DNA of 64,000 bases, taken from Calditrichia bacterium. Its GTDB lineage: Bacteria; Calditrichota; Calditrichia; JAJRVZ01. Below are positions 33,134-44,422 of the stretch, in pieces. The stretch covers positions 1-64,000 of the forward strand of contig CAVZSQ010000003.1 in assembly GCA_963777955.1 (NCBI GenBank), written 5' to 3'. Made by a program: the position numbers and the translations under genes. Position 1 is the stretch's first letter. Every line of letters starts with the position of its first letter. Under the pieces are notes generated by a model. That model ran no database searches. It was given only the letters and a program-made list of their open reading frames with translations, and was not told the origin of the DNA.

Positions 33134-33622
33134 ATGAAAAATATTATAGTCATTCTGATAATGATGGGTATTTTTGTTGCATTCATATCATGTAATAACA
33201 AAAGTGCACCGTTGAATATGGATATGGAAAAACAATTAGTAGAAAAAGCAATCCACAGTTGCATTGGTTGGGCCAAAAATAAGGATATAAATTTGCTGTA
33301 TAGCATCATCGCCAATGATTCTGTTTATATTGAAGTAAGTCCCAGTGACCATATTACGTATGGGTTTCAGAATTTTAAAAATAATGAGAAGTTCTGGCTG
33401 AGTCCTGATTTCAAAGCGATCCGCTATGAAATAAAGGATTTGAAAATAAACTTTTCACAGTCGGGTACCGTTGCCTGGTTCTTTGCCCGGCTTGATGATA
33501 TCAACGAATGGAAAGGACAACCTGCCAGTTGGGAGAATACCCGCTGGACCGGCGTGCTGGAAAGGCGAAATAACTGTTGGGTGATGGTACAAATGCACTT
33601 TTCATTCGCCTCACCTCAATAG
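33134..33622 (+). CDS. NTF2/SnoaL-like lipoprotein
   Basis: FISC signal; VAWF...RWTGVLE...W.MVQMHFS. Confidence 0.82.
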   Translation: MKNIIVILIMMGIFVAFISCNNKSAPLNMDMEKQLVEKAIHSCIGWAKNKDINLLYSIIANDSVYIEVSPSDHITYGFQNFKNNEKFWLSPDFKAIRYEIKDLKINFSQSGTVAWFFARLDDINEWKGQPASWENTRWTGVLERRNNCWVMVQMHFSFASPQ

Positions 33623-33694
33623 TGGTGTTCAGTATTATTTTGACACAACTGGTCGGGTTATTTATATTCTTCAGGTGCTAAGCCAGGGGGGTGA

Positions 33695-34900
33695 ATGGGA
33701 AATCCGCTAAATTCAGTAACTTCGCAGGCATGTTCATACCCGGTTCTCCGAAATAATCCCGGCCATAGCAGTATTGCTCTTCATTATATTATAGGGTTCA
33801 TTCTCTGTTCAATGCTTCCGGCTCTATTCGCTCAGACGGATAATTCGGATACTTTGAATTGGGAAGATAAAAGACTGGAATGGTCTGATTTTCAGGGTGT
33901 ACCTGTAGATTATTCGCCTCTTCATTCCGAACTGCACTCTACTATTGGATACTCCGGGCAAACCTGTTTTATCGAAGATACCAGGGTCACCACTTTAATT
34001 TCTTATTGCACGATGAATCGCAGTACCTCCTGGGTTAAAGCAGGATCCCGGGATGACCAATACCTGATTTATAACCAGATTCAGTTTGACCTGGGGGAAC
34101 TATACTCCCGAAAATTGCAAAATCAATTATTCTTATTGCTGAATGAAAAAATTGACAGGCAGGTACAGGCTTTTGGTTTACTTTTGGAAATAAATCTTGA
34201 TTGCCAGCAGAGAATCGATCAGCTCATTGAGCAAACAAATTATGGTAATGATTCCGCAGCGGTTAAATTATGGGCTGAAATGATTGCCAAGGAATTAGAG
34301 CAAACACCCCGGCAAAAAATACCGGAATTTAAAAACAAAAAATTTGCAGTGGGGGGTTCATTCGCTCTGGGCGGGGGTATCCTGACTCCTGCATTAAACA
34401 AATATTTCTCGAACAATTTTAATTTAGTCTATGGTTTTGATCTCGGTTACCGGAGTTTGATATTTAATTTACGGGCGACTCTCGGATTTAATTCAGTAAA
34501 AAAAGAATTTGAATATAAAAATAAACTATGGCCCGAGAAAATATCGACAGGATTGGTTAGCGCTGACCTGGCCCTGGGTTATCCACTGATTGATACTAAA
34601 AAATCAAGAATCACGCCTTTTGCCGGCATTAGTTACCTGGAGTTCTACGTGCCTGGCAATCAGAAAAAATATGAAGATCATCGAATGAGTAACTTCGCCT
34701 ATAGTCTGGGTTTAAATTATGATTATAAAACCAGCACCACTATCAACCTCATGGGTAGCTCTAATGAAAAAACCGATTGGTTTATCAGAACCAGTGTGTA
34801 TATTTCAGTAGTGAATTTTAATAATCAATTCAAAGGTGCCTTGATTAATTTCACGGTGGGTTTTGGCGGTTTTGTCAGATTTATAAGGATTAAGCAATGA
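33695..34900 (+). CDS. DUF922-like N-terminal domain fused to a putative outer-membrane beta-barrel
   Basis: LEWSDFQG...SWVK...FDLGELYSRKL; alternating beta strands in the C-terminal half. Confidence 0.6.
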   Translation: MGNPLNSVTSQACSYPVLRNNPGHSSIALHYIIGFILCSMLPALFAQTDNSDTLNWEDKRLEWSDFQGVPVDYSPLHSELHSTIGYSGQTCFIEDTRVTTLISYCTMNRSTSWVKAGSRDDQYLIYNQIQFDLGELYSRKLQNQLFLLLNEKIDRQVQAFGLLLEINLDCQQRIDQLIEQTNYGNDSAAVKLWAEMIAKELEQTPRQKIPEFKNKKFAVGGSFALGGGILTPALNKYFSNNFNLVYGFDLGYRSLIFNLRATLGFNSVKKEFEYKNKLWPEKISTGLVSADLALGYPLIDTKKSRITPFAGISYLEFYVPGNQKKYEDHRMSNFAYSLGLNYDYKTSTTINLMGSSNEKTDWFIRTSVYISVVNFNNQFKGALINFTVGFGGFVRFIRIKQ

Positions 34901-35367
34901 ATAAAGTCATCGTACCTGTTGTTGTTTTTTCTTTTTTAACAACGTCCTGCTCAAATAATATATATATTAAAAGAGATCAGATACCGCCGGTGTATAAAAA
35001 TAAAATTAATAAATATTGGTATCCCGGTACCGGGATGATAATTTTATCAGACGGTAGAATAAATGAGGCCTGTCAGGTACATCTTGATCAAGATTCAGTG
35101 ATTTTTAAAATTATCGATGACACATTGTTCTCAAGAATCGCCCTCAATGATGTGAAAATTATTAAATTCAGTAATCACACCACCGGAACTATCTTAGGAT
35201 TGCCTTTTGGAGCCGCCGTAGGTTATGGGTTGGCCAAGATCAATGAAGATCATGATCCTAACAGAGCAAGATTAAATCGGGAAGGCTGTGCACTTGTAGG
35301 AGCATTAATTGGTGCTTTATTTAGCGGGATCCATGGTGTAGTTTGGAACTATGTATTTGTTGACTAA
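34897..35367 (+). CDS. Hypothetical lipoprotein with glycine-zipper-like C-terminus
   Basis: TTSC signal; G...GAAVG and GALIGA. Confidence 0.65.
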   Translation: MNKVIVPVVVFSFLTTSCSNNIYIKRDQIPPVYKNKINKYWYPGTGMIILSDGRINEACQVHLDQDSVIFKIIDDTLFSRIALNDVKIIKFSNHTTGTILGLPFGAAVGYGLAKINEDHDPNRARLNREGCALVGALIGALFSGIHGVVWNYVFVD

Positions 35368-35411
35368 TTTCATGAGATATTATAAAATACAATAATATGA
35401 AAGGAGGTGCT

Positions 35412-35930
35412 ATGAAAGGTATAAAAGTATTTACGGGAATTATTATAATTCTTGTCATGGTACTTCGTGGCGCTGCCCAGGAATTTGCAGTTCCGCAGAA
35501 TTACAAACTGGAAAAACCGGAAGACTATGCCAAATATGAAGCTGATGTTCTGAAATGTATCGATTATCTGGAAAGCATCCCCCTCGATGATGAATCTGCC
35601 AGGACAATTGCGGCAAACGCCTTTCTTTTAAAATGGATGCAGGGAAGTCCCAATGTGACAATAGAATTGAATGCTTACATAGTTGAACTTTGCGACAAAA
35701 ATAAAGAATTTATTATGCTGTTCATGGGCGGTTGGACCCGTTATGCCTTACAAAATCCGGACTCGGTAAATAGTTTAAATGGAAATATGGCCGGACTGGA
35801 AAGCATAATTAATGTGTATAAACAGGGCCAGGGTGTGAGCCGGGATAAAAAAGTAGAAAAAATCATTAAATTGCAGGAAGAAGGAGAACTAGAAGACTGG
35901 GTAAAAGATCAAATAAAGAAAAATAATTAG
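35412..35930 (+). CDS. Hypothetical secreted protein
   Basis: AGGAGG RBS; signal peptide; AFLLKWMQGSPNVTI. Confidence 0.75.
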   Translation: MKGIKVFTGIIIILVMVLRGAAQEFAVPQNYKLEKPEDYAKYEADVLKCIDYLESIPLDDESARTIAANAFLLKWMQGSPNVTIELNAYIVELCDKNKEFIMLFMGGWTRYALQNPDSVNSLNGNMAGLESIINVYKQGQGVSRDKKVEKIIKLQEEGELEDWVKDQIKKNN

Positions 35931-36166
35931 AAAACCGATCCAGCCCTGACTGTGGTGTCAGGACAGATATCTCTCCCCAACAGTTTTGCCCTTAAAGGTA
36001 TGAATTTATACTAAATTTTACCCCCCGGATGCGGGTTAATTTTACTGATTTAAATTACATCAATTGTTTAATTTCGGCTACTTTTTAGCCGACTATGATA
36101 TATAGTTATTAATTGAAATTAATCTAATTTGTAATTGTGTAATTGGTAATTTACGGGGAGAAGTGC

Positions 36167-39100
36167 ATGTCTGTTAAACACAGAAATATTTTTTCAATAG
36201 CAACTGCCTTTATTTTTTCACTGGCCACAACTATTTGTCTGCAGGCGCAAGACAGAAATATAAAATTTGAACACCTCTATGAAGGTCTGTCGCAGAGCAG
36301 CGTGCGCTGTATCCTCAAAGACAGCAAGGGGTATATGTGGTTTGGGACATACTACGGTCTGAATAAATATGATGCTTACGGTTTTAAAATCTATAAAAAT
36401 GATCAAAGGGATCCCGGATCCCTGAGCGGCAACAGAATCTCCTGTATCTATGAAGATCGCGAAGGAATTCTCTGGGTGGGCACTTATCTGGAAGGGCTCA
36501 ATGTCTATAATCGCGAGTTGGATTCATTCATTCATTACCGCAACAATCCGGCTGACAGCACCAGCCTGAGCAGCGATTTTGTCCGTACTATCTTCGAAGA
36601 CAGTAAAGGCAATTTATGGATCGGTACCTTGTACGGTGGATTAAATCTGTTCGAACGGTCCAGTAAAACCTTTAAGCACCTGCGCCAGACAAGATCAACA
36701 GAAAAAAACTCCCTGCAAAATAATGATATATTTTCGATCATTGAAGACCGCGACGGGAAATTATGGATCGGAACAAACGGCGGAGGTCTGCATTTATTTG
36801 ATCCGCAAACAAAGAAATTTACCTATTTCAAATATACCAATGACAATCCGGTAAATCTGAATGCACATAATTTCGGCAAAATTTTAAAAGAAGATAAGAG
36901 TGGCAGCAACATCTGGATCGGAACCAGCGGTGAAGGGATCTGGTCGTTCAATAAAGGAACGCGGACTTTTAAAAATTATACACGTGGCAAGGGTAAAACG
37001 GGATTGAACCATCAGATCATCACCGATCTGTACCAGGATGAAAATGGGAAACTGTGGATAGCCACCGACGGCGGCGGAATAAATATCCTGGATCCGCTAA
37101 AGGAAACATATTCCTATATGCAGAACGATCCCGATGATAAATCCAGTATCAGCAATAACCAGGTGTACACTATTTACCGCGACGATCAGGATATCGTCTG
37201 GATCGGAAATTATAACGGCGCCATTAATATTTTTAACCGGAGTCTGAGCAAGTTTGCTTTGTATACCCAGAGTAACCGCAATAAAAACAGTCTCAGTTTT
37301 AAATCGGTGCTGATCGTTCTGCGAAGATTACCAGGGGAAAATATGGATAGGAACGGATGGCGGGGGGCTGAATCTTTTCGACCGGGAAAGAAACCTGTTC
37401 AGGCATTTTATGCATGATGATAAAAATCCTAAAAGCATCGGCGGAAATGCCGTCACCAGGGTATACGAGGATAAAAGGAAAAATCTGTGGATCGGGACCT
37501 ATGCGGCCGGACTGATCCTGTACGACCGCAACAAAAACCGGTTTATCAGTCATTTAAATAATCCGGGTGATAACCGTACCATTAACAGTAACAATGTCTT
37601 TGCTATTCTGGAAGACAGCCGTAATAATCTGTGGATCGGGACCCTGGACGGGGGATTGAATCTTTTTGACCGGGATAAAAACACTTTCCGGCATTATATG
37701 CATGATGAAAAGGATGCCGGCAGCATCAGTCATAATGCGGCCATGGTGATCTATGAGGATAGGCAGGGCAATCTGTGGATCGGAACGGAAGGGGGCGGGT
37801 TAAATAATTTCAACCGGGATACCGGAAAATTCACCCGTTATATGCAGGATGCGGATAAACCGGGTACAATTCCCAATAATGAAGTAAAAGCAATTTTTGA
37901 GGATTCACAGGGTAATCTGTGGATTGGTACGGTGGGCGGGGGGTTATGTTTATTCGACAGGTCGACTGGTGATTTCAAGGCGATAACCACCGAAAATGGC
38001 CTGCCCAGCAATGCCATTCTGGCTATCATGGAAGATAATCAGCAAAATTTATGGCTGAGCACTAATAGCGGTCTGTGTAAATTTAACCCGCAGAAGAATA
38101 CTTTCCGCAGTTATGATATCAGTGACGGTCTGCAAAGCAACGAGTTTAACTACTCTGCTTTCCTTAAAAGTAAAAGCGGGGAATTATATTTTGGCGGACT
38201 GAACGGTTTCAATGTTTTTAATCCGGATGAGATTTCGGATAATGCCCACATTCCACCCGTATTCATCACCGATTTTCTGATCTTTAATAAACCGCAGAAT
38301 CTGGTCTGCGAGGGTTCACCGCTGGAAAAGCATATCACGGAAACCTGCCAGCTCGCATTGATCTTACAAGCAGTCTGTGTTTTCTTTTGAATTTGCCGCA
38401 CTTAATTTCACTTCGTCCAACAAGAACCAGTATGCCTATAAACTGGAAGGGTTTGAGGATAACTGGAATTATATCGGTAACCGCAGAACGGCTACCTATA
38501 CTAATATCAATCCCGGGGAATATGTCTTCCGGGTAAAAGCCTCCAATAATGATCGCATCTGGAATGAAACGGGCACTTATATTGCCATAAAAATAACACC
38601 CCCCTTCTGGCAAACTTGGTGGTTCCGCACGTTGTCGCTGCTGGCCATCCTGGGTCTGGCCTACAGTATCTACAGAATCCGGATCAGGTCGATTAAGTTA
38701 CAGAAAGAAAATCTGGAACAACAGGTTAAGGAACGCACCCAGGAATTGAACGAACGTAACAGCGAGTTAAACCAGGCCAAAAAAGAAACCGATGATATAT
38801 TGCATAATGTCAAAGACGGATTATTTTTGCTGGATGAAAAATGCCGCATTGAGTCTCAGTATTCTGCCGCCCTGGAAAAAATATTCGCTGAAAGCAATCT
38901 GGGCCGGAAATCGTTCCTCAAATACCTGGAGAATAAAATCGGCCAGGATATCATAGACAGTACCGCCAATTATCTGGATTTACTGTTCAGCAAAAAAATT
39001 GACGAACATATGCTGTCCGAACTGAATCCGTTGGGACAGATTGAATTGCATTTTGAAAACGGAAAAATAAACGAATCGACTTCCAAATTTCTTACTTTTG

Positions 39101-40176
39101 ATTTCCGGCGGATAGTGGAAAAGGAAAAGACCGTCAGGATCATTGCCTCGGTCAATGATATTACCGAGAAGATTACGCTGGAGAAAGACCTGGAGGAGAC
39201 CAAGGAAGCCAGCAAGCGGAAAATGGATCTGCTGCTCAGTATCCTTAATGTGGAACCGGTCATGCTGGAGGAATTCGTCAAGAGTTCGCAGGATGAAATT
39301 GACCGCGTGGGCGATGTGATCCAGGAACTGGAGCAGAAAGAAACCGCCATTGAACTGCTTGAATCGGTTTATCGTTCCGTGCACACGATTAAAGGTAATG
39401 CCAGCATGCTGGAACTGGATTTGATGGCCGACCGGGCTCATCAGGTCGAAGATATTATCTCCGATCTGCGCAAAAAGGATCAACTCAAATTTAAAGATAT
39501 CAAATCACTCCTGAGTGAAATAGACTCCATCCATTCGATTCATCAGGAAGTGAAAGATCTGATCGAACAGATCAGCAAGATTCATGAACAGTTCAGGCCA
39601 AAGCGACGGCACGAACATAATATGCTGATTAACTCGCTCAATAAACTGATTACCAACCTGGGCGATGAATATCAGAAAAAAGTCAAATTAGTCACCCAGA
39701 ATTTTAAGAGCGATCTGATTCCATATGAGCAGCGCCTGATTTTAAGGGATGTGCTGGTGCAACTGGTCAGGAATGCGATGTATCATGGACTGGAAACTTC
39801 AGGGGAAAGGCATGAAGCGGGTAAGAAAGAGACCGGCACCATCAAGATTCTCAGCATCGATAAAAAAGACCGGATCAGGATTCAGTTTGAGGATGACGGC
39901 CGCGGATTGCAATTCGATAAATTGCGGGAAAAAGCCAAAGAAAGCGGAAAATGGAGTGAAAATGAAATCAACGGCTGGAATAACCAGCAATTAGCCGAAT
40001 TGATTTATCTTCCCGGAATCACCACGGTAGATACTGCGAATATGACCGCCGGCCGGGGCTTCGGCATGGATATCGTCAGACAGAAAATAAAACGTCTCGG
40101 CGGGGAGATCAAGATCGATACCAGGAAAGGAAAATACTGCAAATTTATAATAGAACTGCCGAAGAAGGCGGCATGA
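36167..40176 (+). CDS. Membrane sensor kinase: Reg_prop beta-propellers, Y_Y_Y, TM, PAS-like, HPt, CheA-like HATPase (frameshifts near 37315 and 38360)
   Basis: Many D..G.LWIGT..GGL repeats; YAYKLEG...YTNINPGEY; PPFWQTWWF; HTIKGNA; LVRNAMYHG, DDGRG, GRGFGMD. Confidence 0.88.
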
Positions 40177-40185
40177 TCAAGGTAC

Positions 40186-40245
40186 AAGAGACAAAGAGAC
40201 AAAGAGACAAAGAGACAAAGAGACAGAGAGACAAAGAGACAAAGA
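40186..40245 (+). repeat. Octamer tandem repeat (AAGAGACA)n, about 7 units
   Basis: Directly visible after the kinase stop codon. Confidence 0.9.
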
Positions 40246-40390
40246 TAAGATTAAAGATGTAAGAGTTAAGAATCAAGAGGGGTTGGAGTGTTGATGCTGA
40301 AGGTATCAGATGTTTTTAACCTTCCGTGATTCTTCATTAAAATGCGACTATGCAGGGGTTGAACAGTCCGTTACAACACAATTTTTGTTC

Positions 40391-40440
40391 TGTCATCCCG
40401 GACTTGTCGAAGATCTGGCGCCAGACAGAATCCGGGATCT
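40391..40440. repeat. REP-like palindrome with insert
   Basis: TGTCATCCCGGA...TCCGGGATC. Confidence 0.55.
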
Positions 40441-40561
40441 TTCATGATCTAAACTTCACTACATTCTGCAAAATAAATTTCCTCTTGCCTGATTGTTTAT
40501 TTAATCTTAAGATCCATCCATATTTCCAGATCATCTTAATTATAATACTACAGGAGTAAAA

Positions 40562-40990
40562 ATGAATCCCAATATAAAAAAATACCTGTCGTACGTTATA
40601 GCCATAATAGTTGGGGTGGTGGTATATCAGCTGGTATATCATTTTTTGTTCAAGCCGCCTTCATTCGAAACTCAATTAATGAAAGTCGCGGCAGAACTGA
40701 ATAAGAACTGCCCGTTTATGGTCGACAGCAATACACGTCTTGATAATGCGGTAGGTGGTCCGGGCAAAAATTTTGTATATAATTATACACTCATCAATCA
40801 TGCAGCAGCGGATCTTAATATTGTGGAATTGAAGCAAAATATGATTCCGTTTTTGACGAATTATATTAAAACCAGTGAAGATATGCAGACTTTCCGTAAT
40901 GAAAAAGTCACATTAAAATATAATTATAAAGATAAGTTCGGTGCATTTTTGTTTTCGATAACCATCGGTCCGGGCGACTATGCCGGATAA
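40562..40990 (+). CDS. Hypothetical protein with N-terminal TM
   Basis: AGGAG RBS; LNKNCPFMVDSNTRLD. Confidence 0.75.
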   Translation: MNPNIKKYLSYVIAIIVGVVVYQLVYHFLFKPPSFETQLMKVAAELNKNCPFMVDSNTRLDNAVGGPGKNFVYNYTLINHAAADLNIVELKQNMIPFLTNYIKTSEDMQTFRNEKVTLKYNYKDKFGAFLFSITIGPGDYAG

Positions 40991-41174
40991 ATAAAGAACA
41001 CCAATCAAGTAAATTGGAGGCAACGCGAATGTGATCTGGATCAAAATATTTTGATCTTGTCAAAAATATCTATATATTTTTATGAGAATCCAAGATGGGG
41101 AATTTCGTGCTGGACAATCAACTAAAATAATTATAAAGGGTGCATTTAAACGCATATTTAATGAAGGAGGAAGT

Positions 41175-41840
41175 ATGAAAAAATTAATGTTATTATTCGT
41201 GGTGCTGCTGCTTTGCCTCGGGGTGGGTTGTTCCAGCTGGAGCAATACCGCCAAGGGCGGAACGTTCGGAACAGTAGGCGGTGCAGTGGCCGGAGCGGCC
41301 ATCGGCAACGCTGCCGGTAACACAGTTCTGGGTGCAATCATCGGTGCGGCCGTGGGCGGCGCAGCAGGTGCTTATATCGGACACGTTATGGATAAACAGG
41401 CCGAGGAAATCGAAAATGATATCGCCGGCGCTAAAGTAGAACGCGTGGGCGAAGGCATCCGCATCACTTTTGATTCGGGTATCCTCTTTGACGTGGACAA
41501 GTCCGAGCTCAAAGCGGTCAGTCAGCAAAATATAACTAAACTGGCTGAAACGCTACGCAAATATGAAGATACTAACATTCTGATTGAAGGTCATACCGAT
41601 GCTACCGGGACAGAGGATTACAATCTCGAACTTTCGCGGAAGAGAGCACAGTCCGTGGCCAATTATCTGGCCTCGCTCAACGTGAGTGCAACCCGTTTTA
41701 CAATTATGGGCTATGGCGAAGTCCAGCCCATCGCTACCAATGACACGGAAGATGGGCGTGCGGCCAACCGGCGCGTCGAAATCGGCATCATGGCCAATGA
41801 TAAACTGAAAAAAGTTGCAGAAGAAAAAGCACAAGGCTGA
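41175..41840 (+). CDS. OmpA family lipoprotein with glycine zipper (YiaD-like)
   Basis: GVGC signal, Gly zipper, EGHTD, LSRKRA, NRRVE. Confidence 0.93.
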   Translation: MKKLMLLFVVLLLCLGVGCSSWSNTAKGGTFGTVGGAVAGAAIGNAAGNTVLGAIIGAAVGGAAGAYIGHVMDKQAEEIENDIAGAKVERVGEGIRITFDSGILFDVDKSELKAVSQQNITKLAETLRKYEDTNILIEGHTDATGTEDYNLELSRKRAQSVANYLASLNVSATRFTIMGYGEVQPIATNDTEDGRAANRRVEIGIMANDKLKKVAEEKAQG

Positions 41841-41881
41841 CAGGGAACTTCTGATTAATGTAATTCTTTCATTAAAAAAAT

Positions 41882-41928
41882 AAATATGACCTTATCGAAA
41901 ATCTGATTGTGCGATAAGGTCATATTTT
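41882..41928. terminator. Long hairpin, probable intrinsic terminator
   Basis: AAATATGACCTTATCG / CGATAAGGTCATATTT 16-bp inverted repeat after the OmpA gene. Confidence 0.65.
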
Positions 41929-41990
41929 GATTAAAACAACGTAAAGTATATTTCGGTTTGACTTTAATAATTTAAAATCAGGGAAAGTAT

Positions 41991-42833
41991 ATGCTGTGGA
42001 AAGGCAGAAGGGAAAGTTCAAACGTTGAAGACCGCCGGGGTAACACAGCCAGAAATGTAGTAGGCGGCGGAATCGGAACCATTATTGTGGTACTGGCTAT
42101 TTACCTGCTGGGAGGTGATCCGTCACAAATCCTGGATAATGCCCAATTGGGTACGGTGGAAGGCACATCGACCTATCAGCCCACGGCCGAAGAGACTGAA
42201 CTGGCTAAATTTGTAGCGGTGGTGCTGGCCGAAACGGAAGATGTCTGGACCGAGGTATTCCGTAAACAGGGATCGGAGTATACTCATCCCAAACTCGTTC
42301 TTTATTCCGGCAGCGTGGAATCTGCCTGCGGTTATTCCGGCGCCGCCACCGGTCCGTTTTATTGTCCGGGTGATTACAAAGTGTATATTGATTTAAGTTT
42401 TTTTGAAGAATTAAAACAACAGTTCAAGGCACCGGGTGATTTTGCCATGGCCTATGTGATTGCCCATGAAGTAGGGCATCACGTGCAAACCCTGACGGGG
42501 ATCAATGAAAAGGTGATGTCGCTCCGTTCCCAACTCAATGAGGAAGAATTCAATAAATACCTGGTTCGTCTGGAATTACAGGCAGATTATCTGGCCGGAG
42601 TATGGGCGCATCATGTCAAACGGATGAATATCCTTGAGGAAGGGGACCTGGACGAAGCACTGAATGCCGCCAGCGCCGTGGGGGATGACCGCATTCAACG
42701 CAGTACCCAGGGCTATGTGGTGCCGGAGAGTTTTACGCATGGGACCTCAGCCCAGCGCAAGGGTTGGTTCAATAAAGGCTTCACTACCGGTGACTTAAGC
42801 CAGTGGGATACATTTAATGCCGATGTTTTGTGA
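41991..42833 (+). CDS. Neutral zinc metallopeptidase (YpfJ family)
   Basis: RESSNVEDRRG, GPFYCP, AHEVGHHVQ, ELQAD, HGTS. Confidence 0.93.
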   Translation: MLWKGRRESSNVEDRRGNTARNVVGGGIGTIIVVLAIYLLGGDPSQILDNAQLGTVEGTSTYQPTAEETELAKFVAVVLAETEDVWTEVFRKQGSEYTHPKLVLYSGSVESACGYSGAATGPFYCPGDYKVYIDLSFFEELKQQFKAPGDFAMAYVIAHEVGHHVQTLTGINEKVMSLRSQLNEEEFNKYLVRLELQADYLAGVWAHHVKRMNILEEGDLDEALNAASAVGDDRIQRSTQGYVVPESFTHGTSAQRKGWFNKGFTTGDLSQWDTFNADVL

Positions 42834-42875
42834 TCCCGTTAAACGTTTTCCGCAATACCAAAAAAGGAGATCATT

Positions 42876-43022
42876 ATGGTAATGAAAAGAACGACACACC
42901 GCAGTAAAACCGGAACGAAATTGTACGCAGTTCGCGACAGCAAGGGCCGTTTCAAAGACATCCAGACCTACAAAAAAGCACACAGCATGGATATAAAACG
43001 GAAAGGTAAAAAAGAGAAATAA
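42876..43022 (+). CDS. Small basic protein (48 aa), below the ORF-track cutoff
   Basis: AGGAGA RBS; MVMKRTTHRSKTGTKLYAVRDSKGRFKDIQTYKKAHSMDIKRKGKKEK. Confidence 0.75.
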   Translation: MVMKRTTHRSKTGTKLYAVRDSKGRFKDIQTYKKAHSMDIKRKGKKEK

Positions 43023-43197
43023 ATTTGAAATTGCTTTTCTGAAAATTATTCCGAATAATCATCAATCTGTTTCAATTGAATTAGCTGGTGAACAATTCCT
43101 GAAGGTTTTAAACACCGGCTAATTTATTTTATAATTGGTATTAGCGGCTCTCCAGATTGGAATATTTTTCCCTGGAGAAAACAAGTGCGATTGCCTT

Positions 43198-43798
43198 ATG
43201 CATGTTTGGGAGACAATAATTACTGCATTTCTGATGGCATTGCTGCCGGCGTTATTTTTCTTCCTGATGGAACGATTTTCAAACAAACGGGCCAGGAAAA
43301 TATCGGCTGATACGATCTTAATGACTTATTCAGCCAAGTTTATCGGGTTGATTCTGGTTTTACTCCTGGCAATTCCGATTATGTTCTTATGGTTGATGGT
43401 GTTCCGGTTGGAAATCCCAACGGGAAGAGAAAAAGTGATGTTTGTTTTATTCGAACTGATATTTATTATTCCCGCGTTGTATATAATGCTGCTTTTTATT
43501 AAGGAAAAAATAAAAGTTTCTCCGGCAGGTCTGGAAGCTGAACTACCCGTTCAAAAAGAATATTATAATGAGTTGGAATGAAATAGCTCATGTCACCTTC
43601 AGTAAAATAACTTCTGCGCTAGTTATAACCGATCATCGTAGTCAAAAACTGAGGATATCGATCTATTTAAACGGCTATAAAGAATTCATAAAAATTGTAG
43701 CAAGCCATGTTCCGTATGAAATTCACAATAATTCAATTTTTACAGCAATTGAACAACAGGAAGTATTTGAGTTGATAAAGGGGAGAAAGAATAGTTGA
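43198..43798 (+). CDS. Hypothetical membrane protein (frameshift near 43550)
   Basis: Three TM segments followed by a PH-like tail in a shifted frame. Confidence 0.6.
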
Positions 43799-44244
43799 AG
43801 AATATTGCCCGGGAAATTTCAAAAATCGTGAATCAGAGTGCCGTTATATTACCCCGCCTGAACGACACTCAGGTTATGCTTAAAGCGAAACCGGGCAAAT
43901 GGTCCAAGAAAGAAATTCTCGGTCATCTGATCGATTCGGCGGCCAATAATCACCAGCGTTTTGTGCGGGCCGGTTATGGTGCCGCCCTGGCCTTCCCGCC
44001 GTACGACCAGAATGAATGGGTGCGCATCCAGCGCTATCATGAAGCAGATTGGCAGAGTCTGGTGGAATTGTGGACAGCCTATAACCGTCATTTGTGCAAT
44101 ATCCTCGAGCGCTTGCCGGCCGGGGTGTTATCTGAGCCCTGTGATATCGGTAAGGAGGAACCTGCACCGCTGGAGTTCGTTATAAACGATTATCTGCGCC
44201 ATCTGAAGCATCATCTGAACCAGATACTGGAGAAAGAACTTTAG
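43795..44244 (+). CDS. DinB family protein
   Basis: KWSKKEILGHLIDSA, DYLRHLKHH. Confidence 0.88.
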   Translation: MKNIAREISKIVNQSAVILPRLNDTQVMLKAKPGKWSKKEILGHLIDSAANNHQRFVRAGYGAALAFPPYDQNEWVRIQRYHEADWQSLVELWTAYNRHLCNILERLPAGVLSEPCDIGKEEPAPLEFVINDYLRHLKHHLNQILEKEL

Positions 44245-44282
44245 ATTCGGGAGGTGTTGAACAGGAGTGCGGTATATAATAA

Positions 44283-44326
44283 ATGGTAATTAGTAATTGG
44301 TAATTAGTAACTGGTAGTTGGTAATT
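44283..44326 (+). repeat. Heptamer tandem repeat (GTAATTR-like)
   Basis: ggtaattagtaattggtaattagtaactggtagttggtaatt. Confidence 0.8.
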
Positions 44327-44422
44327 TAATCCAGCAGTAATGTGTGTACTGATTCTTGAGTGGAAACTTCTTAGGTATTCAGCGTTAGATCATCAATAAG
44401 ACGATTAGAGCGCATAAAATTT

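Noticed and set aside
44384..44390. GTTAGAT core site before the 44423 lipoprotein
   Set aside because: No matching RYYYAAC or palindrome upstream
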